A stretch of DNA of 64,000 nucleotides from a bacterium (GTDB taxonomy: Bacteria > UBA8248): contig OY843592.1 in assembly GCA_963692865.2 (NCBI GenBank), positions 1,984,001-2,048,000 of the forward strand, written 5' to 3'. The translations under genes were made by a program, and so were the position numbers. The notes under the pieces are model-generated. The model worked only from the letters and a program-made list of their open reading frames with translations, was not told where the DNA came from and did not search any database. Positions 47,273 through 57,246 of this stretch are shown piece by piece (within the stretch, counting starts at the first letter, position 1; the number at the start of each line of letters is the position of its first letter).

Positions 47273-48097
47273 ATGAAAAAAGCGCTTTGCCTCGCTCTGC
47301 TCGTTTGCCATCTGGCCGTCCCGGCCGTCGTTTCCGCCAAGTGCTCACCCGGCCTGGTCCGCCACATGCCTTTCAGGCGGGCGATTCCCGTATCCTACGT
47401 CCGAGCGGTGAAAGCCCCGCGCCGAATCAGCATCCAGTGGTTCGGCCACGCCTTTTTCCGCATCGTCTCGCCGGGCGGGATCCGTATCGTGACCGATCCG
47501 TTCTCCCCGCACCGGGGCTATCCCATCCCGAAGACGAGACCCCACGTGGCCACCACGAGCGAGGCGGCGATGAACCACAGTTCCGTCGAGGTGCTGGGCG
47601 GAAGCCCCGTCGTCTTGAGAGGCGTACTCGGCTACGGAGAGAAATGGAACGAGGTGGATTACCGGATTGGGGACGTGCGCATCCGCAACGTGCCCATCGT
47701 TCAGGGCGGGGGAGGGGACGATTTCGACGCCGGTGAATCGAAGGCTTCTTCTTTTCTCTTCGAGACGGGCGGGCTTTGCATCGCTCATCTGGGGGATCTG
47801 GGATCGCCCATGAACCCCGAGCAGTTGAGGAGACTGGGGAAGATTCACGTGGCCCTGGCGATCATCTCGGACCCCGGGGCCATGAACCCCAGAGTGATGG
47901 CGGATTTCGTCCGAAGACTCGGCCCCAACGTCGCGGTTCCGATGGACGTCCGCTCGATCGAGGAGTTGAACGTATTTCTCGGCGCTTTCAGGCGCGTCAA
48001 GAGACTGGAGGGCGACACCTACGTCTTCAGCCGCAGGACGCTGCCGCGCCCGACGGAGGTCGTGCTCCTCAAGCACAAGGCCTGGGAGTGGAGGTAG
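47273..48097 (+). CDS. Secreted MBL-fold protein (Lactamase_B_3-like) with degenerate metal motif
   Basis: Signal peptide; IQWFGHAFF, IVTDPF, AHLGDLG and VPM; TSEAAMNH where HxHxDH is expected. Confidence 0.8.
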   Translation: MKKALCLALLVCHLAVPAVVSAKCSPGLVRHMPFRRAIPVSYVRAVKAPRRISIQWFGHAFFRIVSPGGIRIVTDPFSPHRGYPIPKTRPHVATTSEAAMNHSSVEVLGGSPVVLRGVLGYGEKWNEVDYRIGDVRIRNVPIVQGGGGDDFDAGESKASSFLFETGGLCIAHLGDLGSPMNPEQLRRLGKIHVALAIISDPGAMNPRVMADFVRRLGPNVAVPMDVRSIEELNVFLGAFRRVKRLEGDTYVFSRRTLPRPTEVVLLKHKAWEWR

Positions 48098-48127
48098 GAA
48101 GGCTTGAATCCCGTCTTTTATCTCCGG

Positions 48128-48572
48128 TAGAGACAGGTTGCGACCCCGGACAGGCGCAGGAGCCTGTCCGGCTACGGGCGGACGTATGACCGTTACCTGT
48201 TTCGAATTACCGTCATTCCGGCGCATGCCGGAATCCGGGGATTTTGTCTTTCGCCTTTCGTTTTTGGCCGTTATGCCTGACCCGTGAGAGGGATAATGAA
48301 CCGCCGCCGTATCTTCACTCTCATCGGCTCTGGATTCCGGCATGCGCCGGAATGACGACTTCTGGAGCCGTTCGTAGGGACAGGCCCCCGTGCCTGTCCG
48401 ATATCCGTGCCCGGTTCGACAAAGGACAACCACGGGGGTTGTCCCTGCAATACCATCGCGTATTGCGTAGGGGCGGACCCGTGTGTCCGCCCGATTTTTA
48501 TATATGTCGACCATTGCAACGTACAAATTTGAACGTCGGAAACACAGGGCGGACACACGGTTCCGCCCCTAC
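48128..48572. repeat. Cluster of paired CGTC- and GTAG-type palindromes
   Basis: CGTCATTCCGGCGCATGCCGGAATCC pair; GTAGGGACAGG; GTAGGGGCGGACC...TCCGCCCCTAC. Confidence 0.8.
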
Positions 48573-48677
48573 AATCAATCTAATTCCGTTAGAAACTATT
48601 CCAATATGGCGTGGCTATGACATAGGTGATATTTCGGGAATTCATCGATCAGACGAGATGACTCGCACCGATCGAAA

Positions 48678-50960
48678 TCAGCTTCTCTCCGCCTCCACGC
48701 GGTAGCTGTTGAACGTGGCGTTCTCGTATTCGGAGAGGGCGTCGCCGGTGAGCCGGTTGGCCGCGCCGTCCTCGGGCAACCCGCCCGCAGGCACGTGAAC
48801 GACGCCCTGGCGGATTCCCTCGCTCACCCTGGCCTCGAACACGGACTCGCCGTAATCGTTCCTGAGACGCACGCTGTCGCCGCTCTCGATGCCCCGGGCG
48901 GCGGCGTCGGCCGGATGCAGGGTGGCGACGTTCCAGCCGTGGCGCAGCAGCTTCTTCGCGTTGTTGAAGGTCGAACTCGCGCGGAAATAGGTTTTCGGCG
49001 TGAGGAGTTGAAGCGGGTAGTTCGTCCCCCCGTTCGCCGCGTCGTCTTCGGGCGGGAAGTGCGCCGGCGTCTTTTGCTCGATCTCCTCGAAATAGACCTG
49101 CGCGCGCCCGTGCGGCGTGGCGAGGTTCCAGTGCGGCGCGGCGTCGGGAACGTCGAGTGTAATCTGCCCCTCGGTTTCGAGTCTTTCGAGCGTGACGTCC
49201 TGGAACCAGGGGAAGCGCGCGTCCGACCGCGCGGCTTCGAGGAGTTCCTCAATCCACTCCCTCGATGATTTCCACGGGAAATGCTTACCGTAGCCCATTT
49301 TTTCGGCCAGGCGGCAGACGATCTCGAAGTCATCGAGCGACTCCCCGCGCGGCGGCATGGCGCCCGGTGTATACATGAGGACGTGTTTGGGGTCCATCTC
49401 GCGGGCGAGATGGTAGAAGGTGCTGCCCACCTCCATGCCCCCGGTGATCGCGCAGCGCTCCAGCCACGTGGAGGCCGGCAGCACCACGTCCGCGCATTTC
49501 GCCGTCGGCGTCATGAAGACGTCCGCCACCGCGCAGAAATCCAGAGAGCGGAGGGCGCGCTCGGTCTTGTACGTGTTTCCGGCCTGCCCGACCGGGTTGC
49601 CCCACATCACGAGCGCCGCGTTCACCGGGCCGCCGTAGGAGTCGGGGTTGAGAATCGCTTCTCCGACCCGCCCGGTGGGGATGGTGCGCTTCACGGGATT
49701 GGGGACGGCCCAGCGATCGGCCATCACTTCGGCGAGGCCGGTGCCGTGCGCCGTGGCGGAGGAAAAGCCCGCCTCGCTCGCCCCGTGGCGCAGCACGCCT
49801 GCCGAGGCGCCCGCCAGGAGGTTCAGGACGTGCAGCGCGCGGACGGCCTGCTCCCCGTGCACGGTGCGCTGGTAGGACCCGTAGTAGACGATGACTTTTC
49901 CTCGCCGCATCGCCCGGGCGATGGCGCGCACGTGTTCCGTCGATACGCCGCATTCGCGCGCCGCGCGCTCGGGCGTCCAGGGTTCGGCGGCGTCGCGCAG
50001 ATAATCGAGCGCGGGCCTGCAGCCGGCGCCTTTCACCCGGAACGTCCCGCTCAGGGCCGGTTTCGCGCAAGTCTCGAACGGCCTGGCCGAGGCGGATTCT
50101 TCATCCCATACGAGCGGCGCGCCGCCAGCGTCCCGCGCGAAGCGGCCGGTGTCCGCGTCCACGAGGAACGCGGCGTTGGTTCTCTCCCGGAGGAAGGCCT
50201 CGTCCAGCGCGCCCTCAGCGAGCATGAGCCGCAACACGGCCAGCGCGAGCGCCGTGTCCGTCGAGGGGCGGATCGGCGCGTGCGCGTCGCCGAAGCGCTC
50301 CGCCGTCCGGGTGCGGAGGGGATCGACGACGATGAAGCGGGTTCCATTCTTCTTGGCGCTTTGGAGCGACTGGAGCAGGCCGCGGTATCCCGTCTCCACG
50401 GGGTTGTTGCCCCACAGGACGATCCACTCGCAGTCGTCGGTCGGCTTGTTGCTCACCTGCCAGTGGCCGAATACGTCGTCGCTCGCGCCGAGGAAGGCCT
50501 TCCAGCAGAGACTGCCGCGCATGTAGGGCTGCACCGCGCCGCCCCACATGTTCAACAGCCGCATGATGGTGGCGGGCTCCGCGTCGCGTCCGCCGGGCAG
50601 GGTGTGCTGGGCGGAGTAGTGGTACATCATCACGGATTCGTTGCCGCCCTTCTCCCTGGCGGCCTCGAGTCCACCGGCGACGAGTTCGAGCGCCTCGTCC
50701 CAGCCCACGCGCTCGAAGCGGTTCGCGCCGCCCGGCCCCGAGCCCTTCGCACCGACGCGCTTCATCGGATGGAGGAGCCTGTCGGGGTGGTGATACCTGT
50801 CCGGCAACTGGAACCCCTTGATGCAGGGCTTGATGCGCATTCTGGGATTCGCCCGGAACGAGGCGATCTCTTCGCCGCGCGCTTCGACCTCGAAGCTGCA
50901 GGGATTGTTCCCGCAGTGGGGGGAGCAGATCGTATAGGATTTTCGGGTTGCGCCGGGCAT
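48678..50960 (-). CDS. Stand-alone Mo-bisPGD oxidoreductase (DMSO reductase superfamily)
   Basis: C..HC....C...CIKG, HPDRLLHPMKR, WDEAL, LWGNNPVET, ADVVLPAS.WLE and HP.DAAARGI. Confidence 0.9.
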   Translation of the reverse strand: MPGATRKSYTICSPHCGNNPCSFEVEARGEEIASFRANPRMRIKPCIKGFQLPDRYHHPDRLLHPMKRVGAKGSGPGGANRFERVGWDEALELVAGGLEAAREKGGNESVMMYHYSAQHTLPGGRDAEPATIMRLLNMWGGAVQPYMRGSLCWKAFLGASDDVFGHWQVSNKPTDDCEWIVLWGNNPVETGYRGLLQSLQSAKKNGTRFIVVDPLRTRTAERFGDAHAPIRPSTDTALALAVLRLMLAEGALDEAFLRERTNAAFLVDADTGRFARDAGGAPLVWDEESASARPFETCAKPALSGTFRVKGAGCRPALDYLRDAAEPWTPERAARECGVSTEHVRAIARAMRRGKVIVYYGSYQRTVHGEQAVRALHVLNLLAGASAGVLRHGASEAGFSSATAHGTGLAEVMADRWAVPNPVKRTIPTGRVGEAILNPDSYGGPVNAALVMWGNPVGQAGNTYKTERALRSLDFCAVADVFMTPTAKCADVVLPASTWLERCAITGGMEVGSTFYHLAREMDPKHVLMYTPGAMPPRGESLDDFEIVCRLAEKMGYGKHFPWKSSREWIEELLEAARSDARFPWFQDVTLERLETEGQITLDVPDAAPHWNLATPHGRAQVYFEEIEQKTPAHFPPEDDAANGGTNYPLQLLTPKTYFRASSTFNNAKKLLRHGWNVATLHPADAAARGIESGDSVRLRNDYGESVFEARVSEGIRQGVVHVPAGGLPEDGAANRLTGDALSEYENATFNSYRVEAERS

Positions 50961-51121
50961 GGCCTTCTCTCTTCGTTTTCAGTGCGGACGCCGCTTTACA
51001 CGATTTCTCGTGCATCCTAACATAGGGCCTCTTTTGTTTCTGGGCAAATGGCGTTCGTCATCATAGAGCGGAACGCGACGGCGTCGCTTCCATTATTCGA
51101 CCCTTCTGGAGGTAAGAGAGC

Positions 51122-52279
51122 ATGAGCACAGACGGAACCGCGCAGGCCGAGTACGTGGCCCCCACCTGGGACACGAAGATGCCCCTGCCGTCCAATCCCG
51201 AGACGGGCGAGGACGCGAACGACTACTACATCATCGACTGCGAAACGCACGTGATGCCCGAGGACTACCGGCGCTTCATCAAGTATTTCGAGGGCACGAG
51301 CACCTTCGAGTACGCGCACAAGATGTGCAACCAGTGGCAGTGGATCGACCACAGGAACAACAGGCCGGCGGCCATCCACCCGGGCATGGACTGGCACATC
51401 GACAAGATCATCGCCGACATGGACCGCTCGGGCGTGGACCAGATAGCCCTCATGCGCGAGTCGTTCATCGACACGGCGGGCGACAGCGCGCCGTTCTCCA
51501 CGAACCAGCACGTCATCGACGCCATCGAGAAATACCCCGACCGCGTCATCGGCGTCTCGAACGTGGGGCCGTTCTCCAAGCGCAAGACCAAGGATTTCCT
51601 CTGGGAGATGGAATACCTCCACGACAACTACAACTTCAAGTTCACCAAGTTCTATCAGCCCGAGGACTGCCCCATCAACGACCGCAGGCTCTGGCCCGCC
51701 TACGAGATGTGCCAGGACAAGGGCATCGTGGCCTTCTTCCACACCGGCATCACCATCCGGCTGGGTCCCACGCGCTACACCCTGCCGATCCTGCTGGACG
51801 AGGTGGCGTCCGACTTCCCGGACCTCAAGATCGTGGCCTACCACGGCGGCTATCCCTACTGGGAAGACCTCGTCATGCTGATGTGGAAACACCCGAACGT
51901 GTACGTGAGCTACTCGATCCTGCTGCCCTGGCTCTTGCGCGCGCCGCACCGCTTCGCCCACATGGTCGGCACGACGCTGCAGATCGTCGGCCCCGGCCGA
52001 TTCGTCTGGGGAAGCGACTGGCCCGCTTCGGACCCGTACCAGTCGGTCGAGGCGATACTCAAGCTCCACATCGACGAGGAACTGCAGGAGAAGTGGGGCT
52101 ACCCCGCCATCACGAAAGAGGACAAGGCGGGCTTCCTGGGCACCACGCTGGCGAACCTCGCGGGCATCGACCCGGTGAAGAACCACCAGAAATTCCCCGG
52201 CATGAACGGCGCGCCGGAGGGGGTGACGCCGGAGGGCGACATCACCCGCGCCATCATGGCGAAACAGAACGGCGGTTAG
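51122..52279 (+). CDS. Amidohydrolase_2 family protein
   Basis: IIDCETH, FFHTG, FPDLKIVAYHGG and WGSDWP; strongly C/G-ending codons. Confidence 0.9.
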   Translation: MSTDGTAQAEYVAPTWDTKMPLPSNPETGEDANDYYIIDCETHVMPEDYRRFIKYFEGTSTFEYAHKMCNQWQWIDHRNNRPAAIHPGMDWHIDKIIADMDRSGVDQIALMRESFIDTAGDSAPFSTNQHVIDAIEKYPDRVIGVSNVGPFSKRKTKDFLWEMEYLHDNYNFKFTKFYQPEDCPINDRRLWPAYEMCQDKGIVAFFHTGITIRLGPTRYTLPILLDEVASDFPDLKIVAYHGGYPYWEDLVMLMWKHPNVYVSYSILLPWLLRAPHRFAHMVGTTLQIVGPGRFVWGSDWPASDPYQSVEAILKLHIDEELQEKWGYPAITKEDKAGFLGTTLANLAGIDPVKNHQKFPGMNGAPEGVTPEGDITRAIMAKQNGG

Positions 52280-52311
52280 CCGGGCAACTCGGCTTCCCTC
52301 CTGACAGCATC

Positions 52312-52347
52312 AAGCCCCGTCCGGGTGCGCCCGGGCGGGGTTTATTT
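52312..52347 (+). terminator. Rho-independent terminator after the amidohydrolase
   Basis: GCCCCGTCCGGG-TGCG-CCCGGGCGGGGT followed by TTATTT. Confidence 0.75.
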
Positions 52348-52550
52348 CTGGAAAACCTGATGCTGCTCTTCGGGGTATGAATCTTACGGGAATTGGGTAA
52401 GGGCGTTGGCAAACCTTGTCTAGCCGTCGTCCATTTTCTCGAAAATGAGTTTACCTTACGCGCTAAATCTAAATCCTGAATTTACGTTTTGGATTTTTCT
52501 TTGGTGAGAGATGTTTTTTCTGTGTTTGAGACCAATGTCAGTCATAGATT

Positions 52551-52623
52551 ATATTTACTGCGCAGTGAATTTTGCTATTATTATGAATATATGCTATAAA
52601 GCTGATATTTGCTGTGCAGTAAA
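52551..52623 (+). promoter_or_regulatory. Two related imperfect palindromes (candidate autoregulatory operator) upstream of the AbiEi-like gene
   Basis: ATATTTACTGCGCAGTGAA (52551-52569) and ATATTTGCTGTGCAGTAAA (52605-52623) in AT-rich DNA. Confidence 0.65.
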
Positions 52624-52631
52624 GAGGTAGA

Positions 52632-53732
52632 ATGCTGATGCCTGACAAAGAGGTTATGGAAAAACAACTGCTCGACCAGTTCCTGGAAGCCCTGTGGGGG
52701 CTGTCCGGGGTGCAAGCGGAGTTGGATCCGCTTATACAGCCCGGTGGCCCGGATCGAGGGTATGACGCCCGGGTTGATCTCAGGGCGGGGGGGAAGTCTG
52801 TCACCCTGATGATAGAGGTGAAGAAAACCCTCTATCCTCGTGACGTGCGGCAGACTCTTTGGCGGTTTCAGGCATTAGCACAAAGATGGCCGAAATCGGC
52901 GGAAGAACGGCAAACGTTGTTCTTCCTGGTGGCCCAATCAATTTCACCCGGAGCCAAAGACCTGCTGAGGGAGGAGCGGGTCGGCTACTATGACAGCGGG
53001 GGCAGCCTGTTTCTCGCTGCCCAAAACATCTACATTCACGTGGACAAGCCGCCCCCGAAGGCCTTGTCGAAAACCATTCGTTCCTTGTTTTCGGGTCGCC
53101 GTGCGCAGGTGCTGCACGTGCTCCTGATGCGGCATGGAGAGTGGTTCGGAGTCAAGGAGGTCGCGGAGCAGGCGCGGGTCTCGCCCGCGACCGCCTCGCA
53201 GGTGCTGACCGAGCTTGAGAGGTTCGATTGGGTGGTGTCGCGCGGGCAGGGGCCAACCAAGGAACGCGACCTGCGAGAGCCTGGCGCTTTGCTGGATGCA
53301 TGGGCCGAGCAACTGGCGGTGATGCGGCCCCCTGCAATGCAGCGTTATTTTGTGCCCTCGGTACGTTCGGAGGAACTGGCCCGGAAGTTCGCCGAGGTCT
53401 GTGCCGCCCAAAAGGCCGAATACGCGATCACTCACGAGGCGGCAGGGCAACGGTACGCGCCCTTTCTATCGGCTGTCTCCCAGGTTCGTTGCAGGGTGAT
53501 GGTCGGTGCCGCAGCAGACAGGGCCCTGGGCGCACTCGACGCCCGCATCGTCGACCGGGGCGCAAACCTGGTTGTCATTGAGGCCAAGTCGTCCGGCGAG
53601 TTGCTGTTTCGAGAACTGGTGGATGGGATTTGGCTGGCGAGTCCCGTCCAGGTCTACCTCGACCTGATTCACGGTGAGGGCCGCTCCAGGGAAATGGCGA
53701 AGCACCTGCGCCAGGAAAGGATCGGATTCTAG
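52632..53732 (+). CDS. Type IV TA AbiEi-like antitoxin / wHTH regulator with N-terminal PD-(D/E)xK-like domain
   Basis: D...IEVKK; YYDSGG; HTH VKEVAEQARVSPATASQVL; LLDAW; ASPVQVYLDL...GR..E.A..L. Confidence 0.75.
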   Translation: MLMPDKEVMEKQLLDQFLEALWGLSGVQAELDPLIQPGGPDRGYDARVDLRAGGKSVTLMIEVKKTLYPRDVRQTLWRFQALAQRWPKSAEERQTLFFLVAQSISPGAKDLLREERVGYYDSGGSLFLAAQNIYIHVDKPPPKALSKTIRSLFSGRRAQVLHVLLMRHGEWFGVKEVAEQARVSPATASQVLTELERFDWVVSRGQGPTKERDLREPGALLDAWAEQLAVMRPPAMQRYFVPSVRSEELARKFAEVCAAQKAEYAITHEAAGQRYAPFLSAVSQVRCRVMVGAAADRALGALDARIVDRGANLVVIEAKSSGELLFRELVDGIWLASPVQVYLDLIHGEGRSREMAKHLRQERIGF

Positions 53733-54628
53733 TGGCGAAGCCCCCGACCCGAGACGGCTACACCGATCGGTACACGGTCGATTGCGAGCGCGTTCTCGTG
53801 ACCCTGCTGCGCGGATTGGGTCCCTGGAAGGAGTCGGTCATTCTGGTCGGCGGCTTGACGCCGAGATACCTGGTGAAGGCCAGGCCACCGGCAGTGCCGG
53901 CGCATGCCGGTACGCTCGACGTGGATATCGTCATCGACTTGCAGATTCTGACTGAAACCGAGGCCTATAGCACGCTCGAGGACAACCTGCGAAGGATGGC
54001 GTTCGAGCCGGCCACGAACGACCAGGGCCAGCCGTCCTTATGGCGGTGGCAGACCCGCACCGAACATGGCGCACTGATGGTGCTGGAACTGCTCGCCGAC
54101 GCGCCGGAGATCGCAGGTGGCAGGGTTCAGCCGCTGCCCACGGAAGGGACTATCTCCGCGCTCAACATTCCGAACTCGTCCATTGTCTTCGATCTCCACC
54201 AGGTCACGGAGATTCGGGCAGAGCTCCTTAAAAGCGCAGGCATCGCCGTCGAACAAGTCAGGCACGCCAATCTGGTGAGTTTCACCTGCCTGAAGGCGTT
54301 CGCCTTCGATCAGCGCAACGAGCGCAAGGATGCGCATGATCTGGTCTATTGCATCGAGCACGCGCCCGAGGGACTCGAAGGCGCTGCCGGGATGTTCCGC
54401 AACGCTTTGGCAGGCGGCCACGCCGCAGTGATCCGGGACTCTCTGGTAATTCTTCGCAATCGCTTCGCACGGGACGACAAAGATGAGGGCTATCGAAAGG
54501 ACGGTCCCGTGGCAGTGGCCCGTTTCGAACTGGGTGAAGATAACGAAGCCGATCTGCGCGAAGCCCGGATTCTGCGTCAACGCGAGGTCAGCAGCGTGAT
54601 CGAGCAACTCCTGGATCGGATCGGTTAG
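53732..54628 (+). CDS. AbiEii-like nucleotidyltransferase (putative toxin)
   Basis: LVGGL...GTLDVD (Pol-beta NTase G-G...DxD), K..A...R..RKDAHD; start overlaps the upstream stop. Confidence 0.75.
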   Translation: MAKPPTRDGYTDRYTVDCERVLVTLLRGLGPWKESVILVGGLTPRYLVKARPPAVPAHAGTLDVDIVIDLQILTETEAYSTLEDNLRRMAFEPATNDQGQPSLWRWQTRTEHGALMVLELLADAPEIAGGRVQPLPTEGTISALNIPNSSIVFDLHQVTEIRAELLKSAGIAVEQVRHANLVSFTCLKAFAFDQRNERKDAHDLVYCIEHAPEGLEGAAGMFRNALAGGHAAVIRDSLVILRNRFARDDKDEGYRKDGPVAVARFELGEDNEADLREARILRQREVSSVIEQLLDRIG

Positions 54629-54636
54629 CAGGCGGC

Positions 54637-54790
54637 ATGGCGCTCAAGGCTGTTTTCGTCGGTATCAACAAATATGTGGATCGCACCATTCCTGAGCTGA
54701 ACGGCGCACGGCGCGACGCTATGGCCCTGTGGGCGTTGGTTACAGACACCTTTGAGGAACTGGCCGCACGACTTCTGGTCGCCCGGATTC
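54637..54790 (+). pseudogene. Truncated N-terminus of a caspase-like (peptidase C14) domain protein
   Basis: AVFVGINKY....IPELNGARRDA.AL is the typical start of a C14 domain; resemblance is lost after about 50 codons and the frame runs antisense into tauE. Confidence 0.65.
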
Positions 54791-54863
54791 GCCAAGGCGG
54801 GGTTTCTTGCTTGGAAAACCTCATAGCGGCTCTTTCGGGAAAATCTTTTGTTCTTGCGAACCC

Positions 54864-55616
54864 TCACACCTTCCCCATGACGAACTTGACCACCAGGCTC
54901 GTGGCGATGAGGAACAGGGCGATCCGGATGAGCCTGAAGAAGAGCGCCTGGTCGATGCGCTCGCGGACGCGGATGCCGGCCCAGTACCCGACGTAGACGG
55001 GTATGATCGCCAGCAGCGAGTTCGTGAAGCGCGGCTTGGTGTAGAAGCCCTGGAGGATGAGGCTCGCGATGATGACGAACATGCCCGTCGTGTTGAACGC
55101 GTTCATCAGGAAGATGAAGGGGTTTTTCGCCAGCCGGAGCATGCTGAAGTAGATGATGTTGATGGCGCCGCTGATGGTCGTCGTCCCGTATACGAAACCC
55201 AGCGCCGCGCCCATGACGGCGCCCACGATTCTCTGGAAACTCGTTCCGAGTTCCTTGAAGAAGGAGAGGCGGCTTTCCACGAGCAGGTACGTGTAGGCCA
55301 TGACGCCCATCATCAGACGGATGAAGTCGGGGTCCCCGAAGCCGAGGAACCACACGCCCACCGGCATGAACGCCAGGGCGCACAGCAGGTACAGCCATAT
55401 TTCCTTGAGTGAGCGCCATTCCGAGCGAAGGCGGTAGGTGTCGGTGATGTTCGATACGAGGAGCGGGAACGCCAGCAGGGTGACGATCTCCTGGGGGACG
55501 ATGAGGAGCGCGAGGAGCGGCGCGGCCACCAGCGGCGTGCCGAAGCCGATGGAGCCCTTCACGAATCCCCCGAAAAAGAGAACGCAGATGACGACGACGG
55601 CTTCCGCTTCGCTCAT
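54864..55616 (-). CDS. Sulfite exporter TauE/SafE family protein
   Basis: GGFVKG.IGFG.PLV..PLL and about 8 TM helices. Confidence 0.88.
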   Translation of the reverse strand: MSEAEAVVVICVLFFGGFVKGSIGFGTPLVAAPLLALLIVPQEIVTLLAFPLLVSNITDTYRLRSEWRSLKEIWLYLLCALAFMPVGVWFLGFGDPDFIRLMMGVMAYTYLLVESRLSFFKELGTSFQRIVGAVMGAALGFVYGTTTISGAINIIYFSMLRLAKNPFIFLMNAFNTTGMFVIIASLILQGFYTKPRFTNSLLAIIPVYVGYWAGIRVRERIDQALFFRLIRIALFLIATSLVVKFVMGKV

Positions 55617-55683
55617 GTGAGTCTCATGGAGAAAGAGGGGGGGCTGTCCCGAAACGCGGCGTCAGGCATGCCCTTCCCTGGGG

Positions 55684-56196
55684 GGGGTGCTGAAAAAGCC
55701 CATCTCGCTCTGAATTGTCCACTGCCGTCTCAACTGCGGACCTCGCCCTCGAACAGTATCGCCAACTAATGAGAGAGAAGAAAATCACTCCCCCCTTGAG
55801 GGGGAGTCAGCAAGACGAGGGCGAAGCCCGAAGTCGCGCTGGTGGGGGGAGCTTTTCATTCAGAGCCGTCCCCCCACCGATTCAGCCTTCGCAAAAATCG
55901 CTCGGCTTCATCGTCGGGCTTTCCCCTCGGAAAGCCCGACCCTCAAGGGGCCGTTGAAAAAGCGATTCCTCTCGCATCAACCACGTTTCCCCGTAGGTCG
56001 GACATATATGTCCGACCTGCTATGCGACCCGGCCTTTTTTCGCCTCTCCGGCGGCGGGCCGCATAGTATGCGGCCCCTACACCGCCATTCGAACGACGTG
56101 TGTAGGAACGGGCCCGAGTAGGGGTGAGAAAACATCCTTCGATACGCGGCTTCGCCGCTACTCAGGATGAGGCGGAGGGAACTTTTTCAACAACCC
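55684..56196. repeat. Composite repeat mosaic with nested MITE-like ends
   Basis: GGGGTGCTGAAAAAG, GGGCCGTTGAAAAAG and TTTTTCAACAACCC ends; ACTCCCCCTTGAGGGGGAGT and other palindromes. Confidence 0.85.
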
Positions 56197-56214
56197 CCCG
56201 AGCAGGAACGCGCC

Positions 56215-57021
56215 TCACCCCGCGATGTCTTCGCCTCCGTCGACGCGGATCAGATCGCCCGTCATCCACTGCGTGCCGGAGGCGGCGAGCGCCGCGATGG
56301 CGTCGGCCACCTTCTGCGGCGTCGTCAGCTCCCCGTGGGGGTTGATTTTCTTCGTGCCCTCGATCATCTCGGCGTTTCCGGGGATCTTGCGGAGCGCGGG
56401 CGTGTCCGTAACGCCGGCCTGGATGCTGTTCGCCGTGATGCCCCTGGGCGCGAGTTCGACGGCGAGCTGGCGGACGTGGCTCTCCAGCGCGGCCTTGGCC
56501 GCCGACACGGCGCCGTAGGTCTTCCAGATGCGGCGCCCGCCCGCGCTCGTCATGGCGTAGATGCGGCCCCCGAAGCCCATGAGGCCGCGCCGCACGAGCG
56601 CCTGCGCCCAGTAGACCAGGCTGTTCGCCATGACGTCGAGCGTCATTTCGAGTTGCCTGGGGGAGATGGCGTCTTTCTCCTCATCGGCGATGTAGGGCTT
56701 GAGCGTGCCGAAGGCCAGACTGTGGAGCAGAATGCGCACCGCGCCCGCCGCGTTATCGCCCAGATGCGCCTCCATCCGGTCCAGAACGCTCGCGCGCTCT
56801 TCATGGCCCGCCGCGTTCACGTTGAAGTAGAGGGATTCCGCGCCGTTGTTCCTGATTCCCTCCCGAATGCGCTCCACGTTGGGCAGCGTGGCCTTCCTGT
56901 CGAGGTGAACGCCGAAAATGTTCACGCCCAGACTTGAGAGTTTCAGCGCGTTCGCTTCGCCGAAGCCGCTGCTCGCGCCCAGTATGAGCGCCCAGCTTCC
57001 CGCCAGATCCGAGTTCGACAC
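56215..57021 (-). CDS. SDR oxidoreductase, enoyl-ACP reductase (FabL/FabI)-like
   Basis: GASSGFG, YGAVSAAKAALES (YxxxxxxK) and DTPALRKIP. Confidence 0.85.
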   Translation of the reverse strand: MSNSDLAGSWALILGASSGFGEANALKLSSLGVNIFGVHLDRKATLPNVERIREGIRNNGAESLYFNVNAAGHEERASVLDRMEAHLGDNAAGAVRILLHSLAFGTLKPYIADEEKDAISPRQLEMTLDVMANSLVYWAQALVRRGLMGFGGRIYAMTSAGGRRIWKTYGAVSAAKAALESHVRQLAVELAPRGITANSIQAGVTDTPALRKIPGNAEMIEGTKKINPHGELTTPQKVADAIAALAASGTQWMTGDLIRVDGGEDIAG

Positions 57022-57246
57022 GTCGTTCTTCTCCTTTCGAGACTGCGCGAATCACCGCATTTTCATTGTTTATAGCACATCCGGGCGGGATTGGGACGCC
57101 TCTCTCCCCCCGCATCAGCCTTCGCGCCCTGCCGGGACGGGCCGCTGCCCGTCCCGGCCATCTTCGTCCCACTCTTGATGATTCGCATTTCATGCGGCGT
57201 ATTTTTTTTCCGCGACGTAATCCATGAGTGATCGGCCCTTGCGCCC

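Noticed and set aside
52348-52550. tRNA/att site or integrase at the island boundary
   Set aside because: No cloverleaf, flanking direct repeat or recombinase fragment could be recognised by eye.
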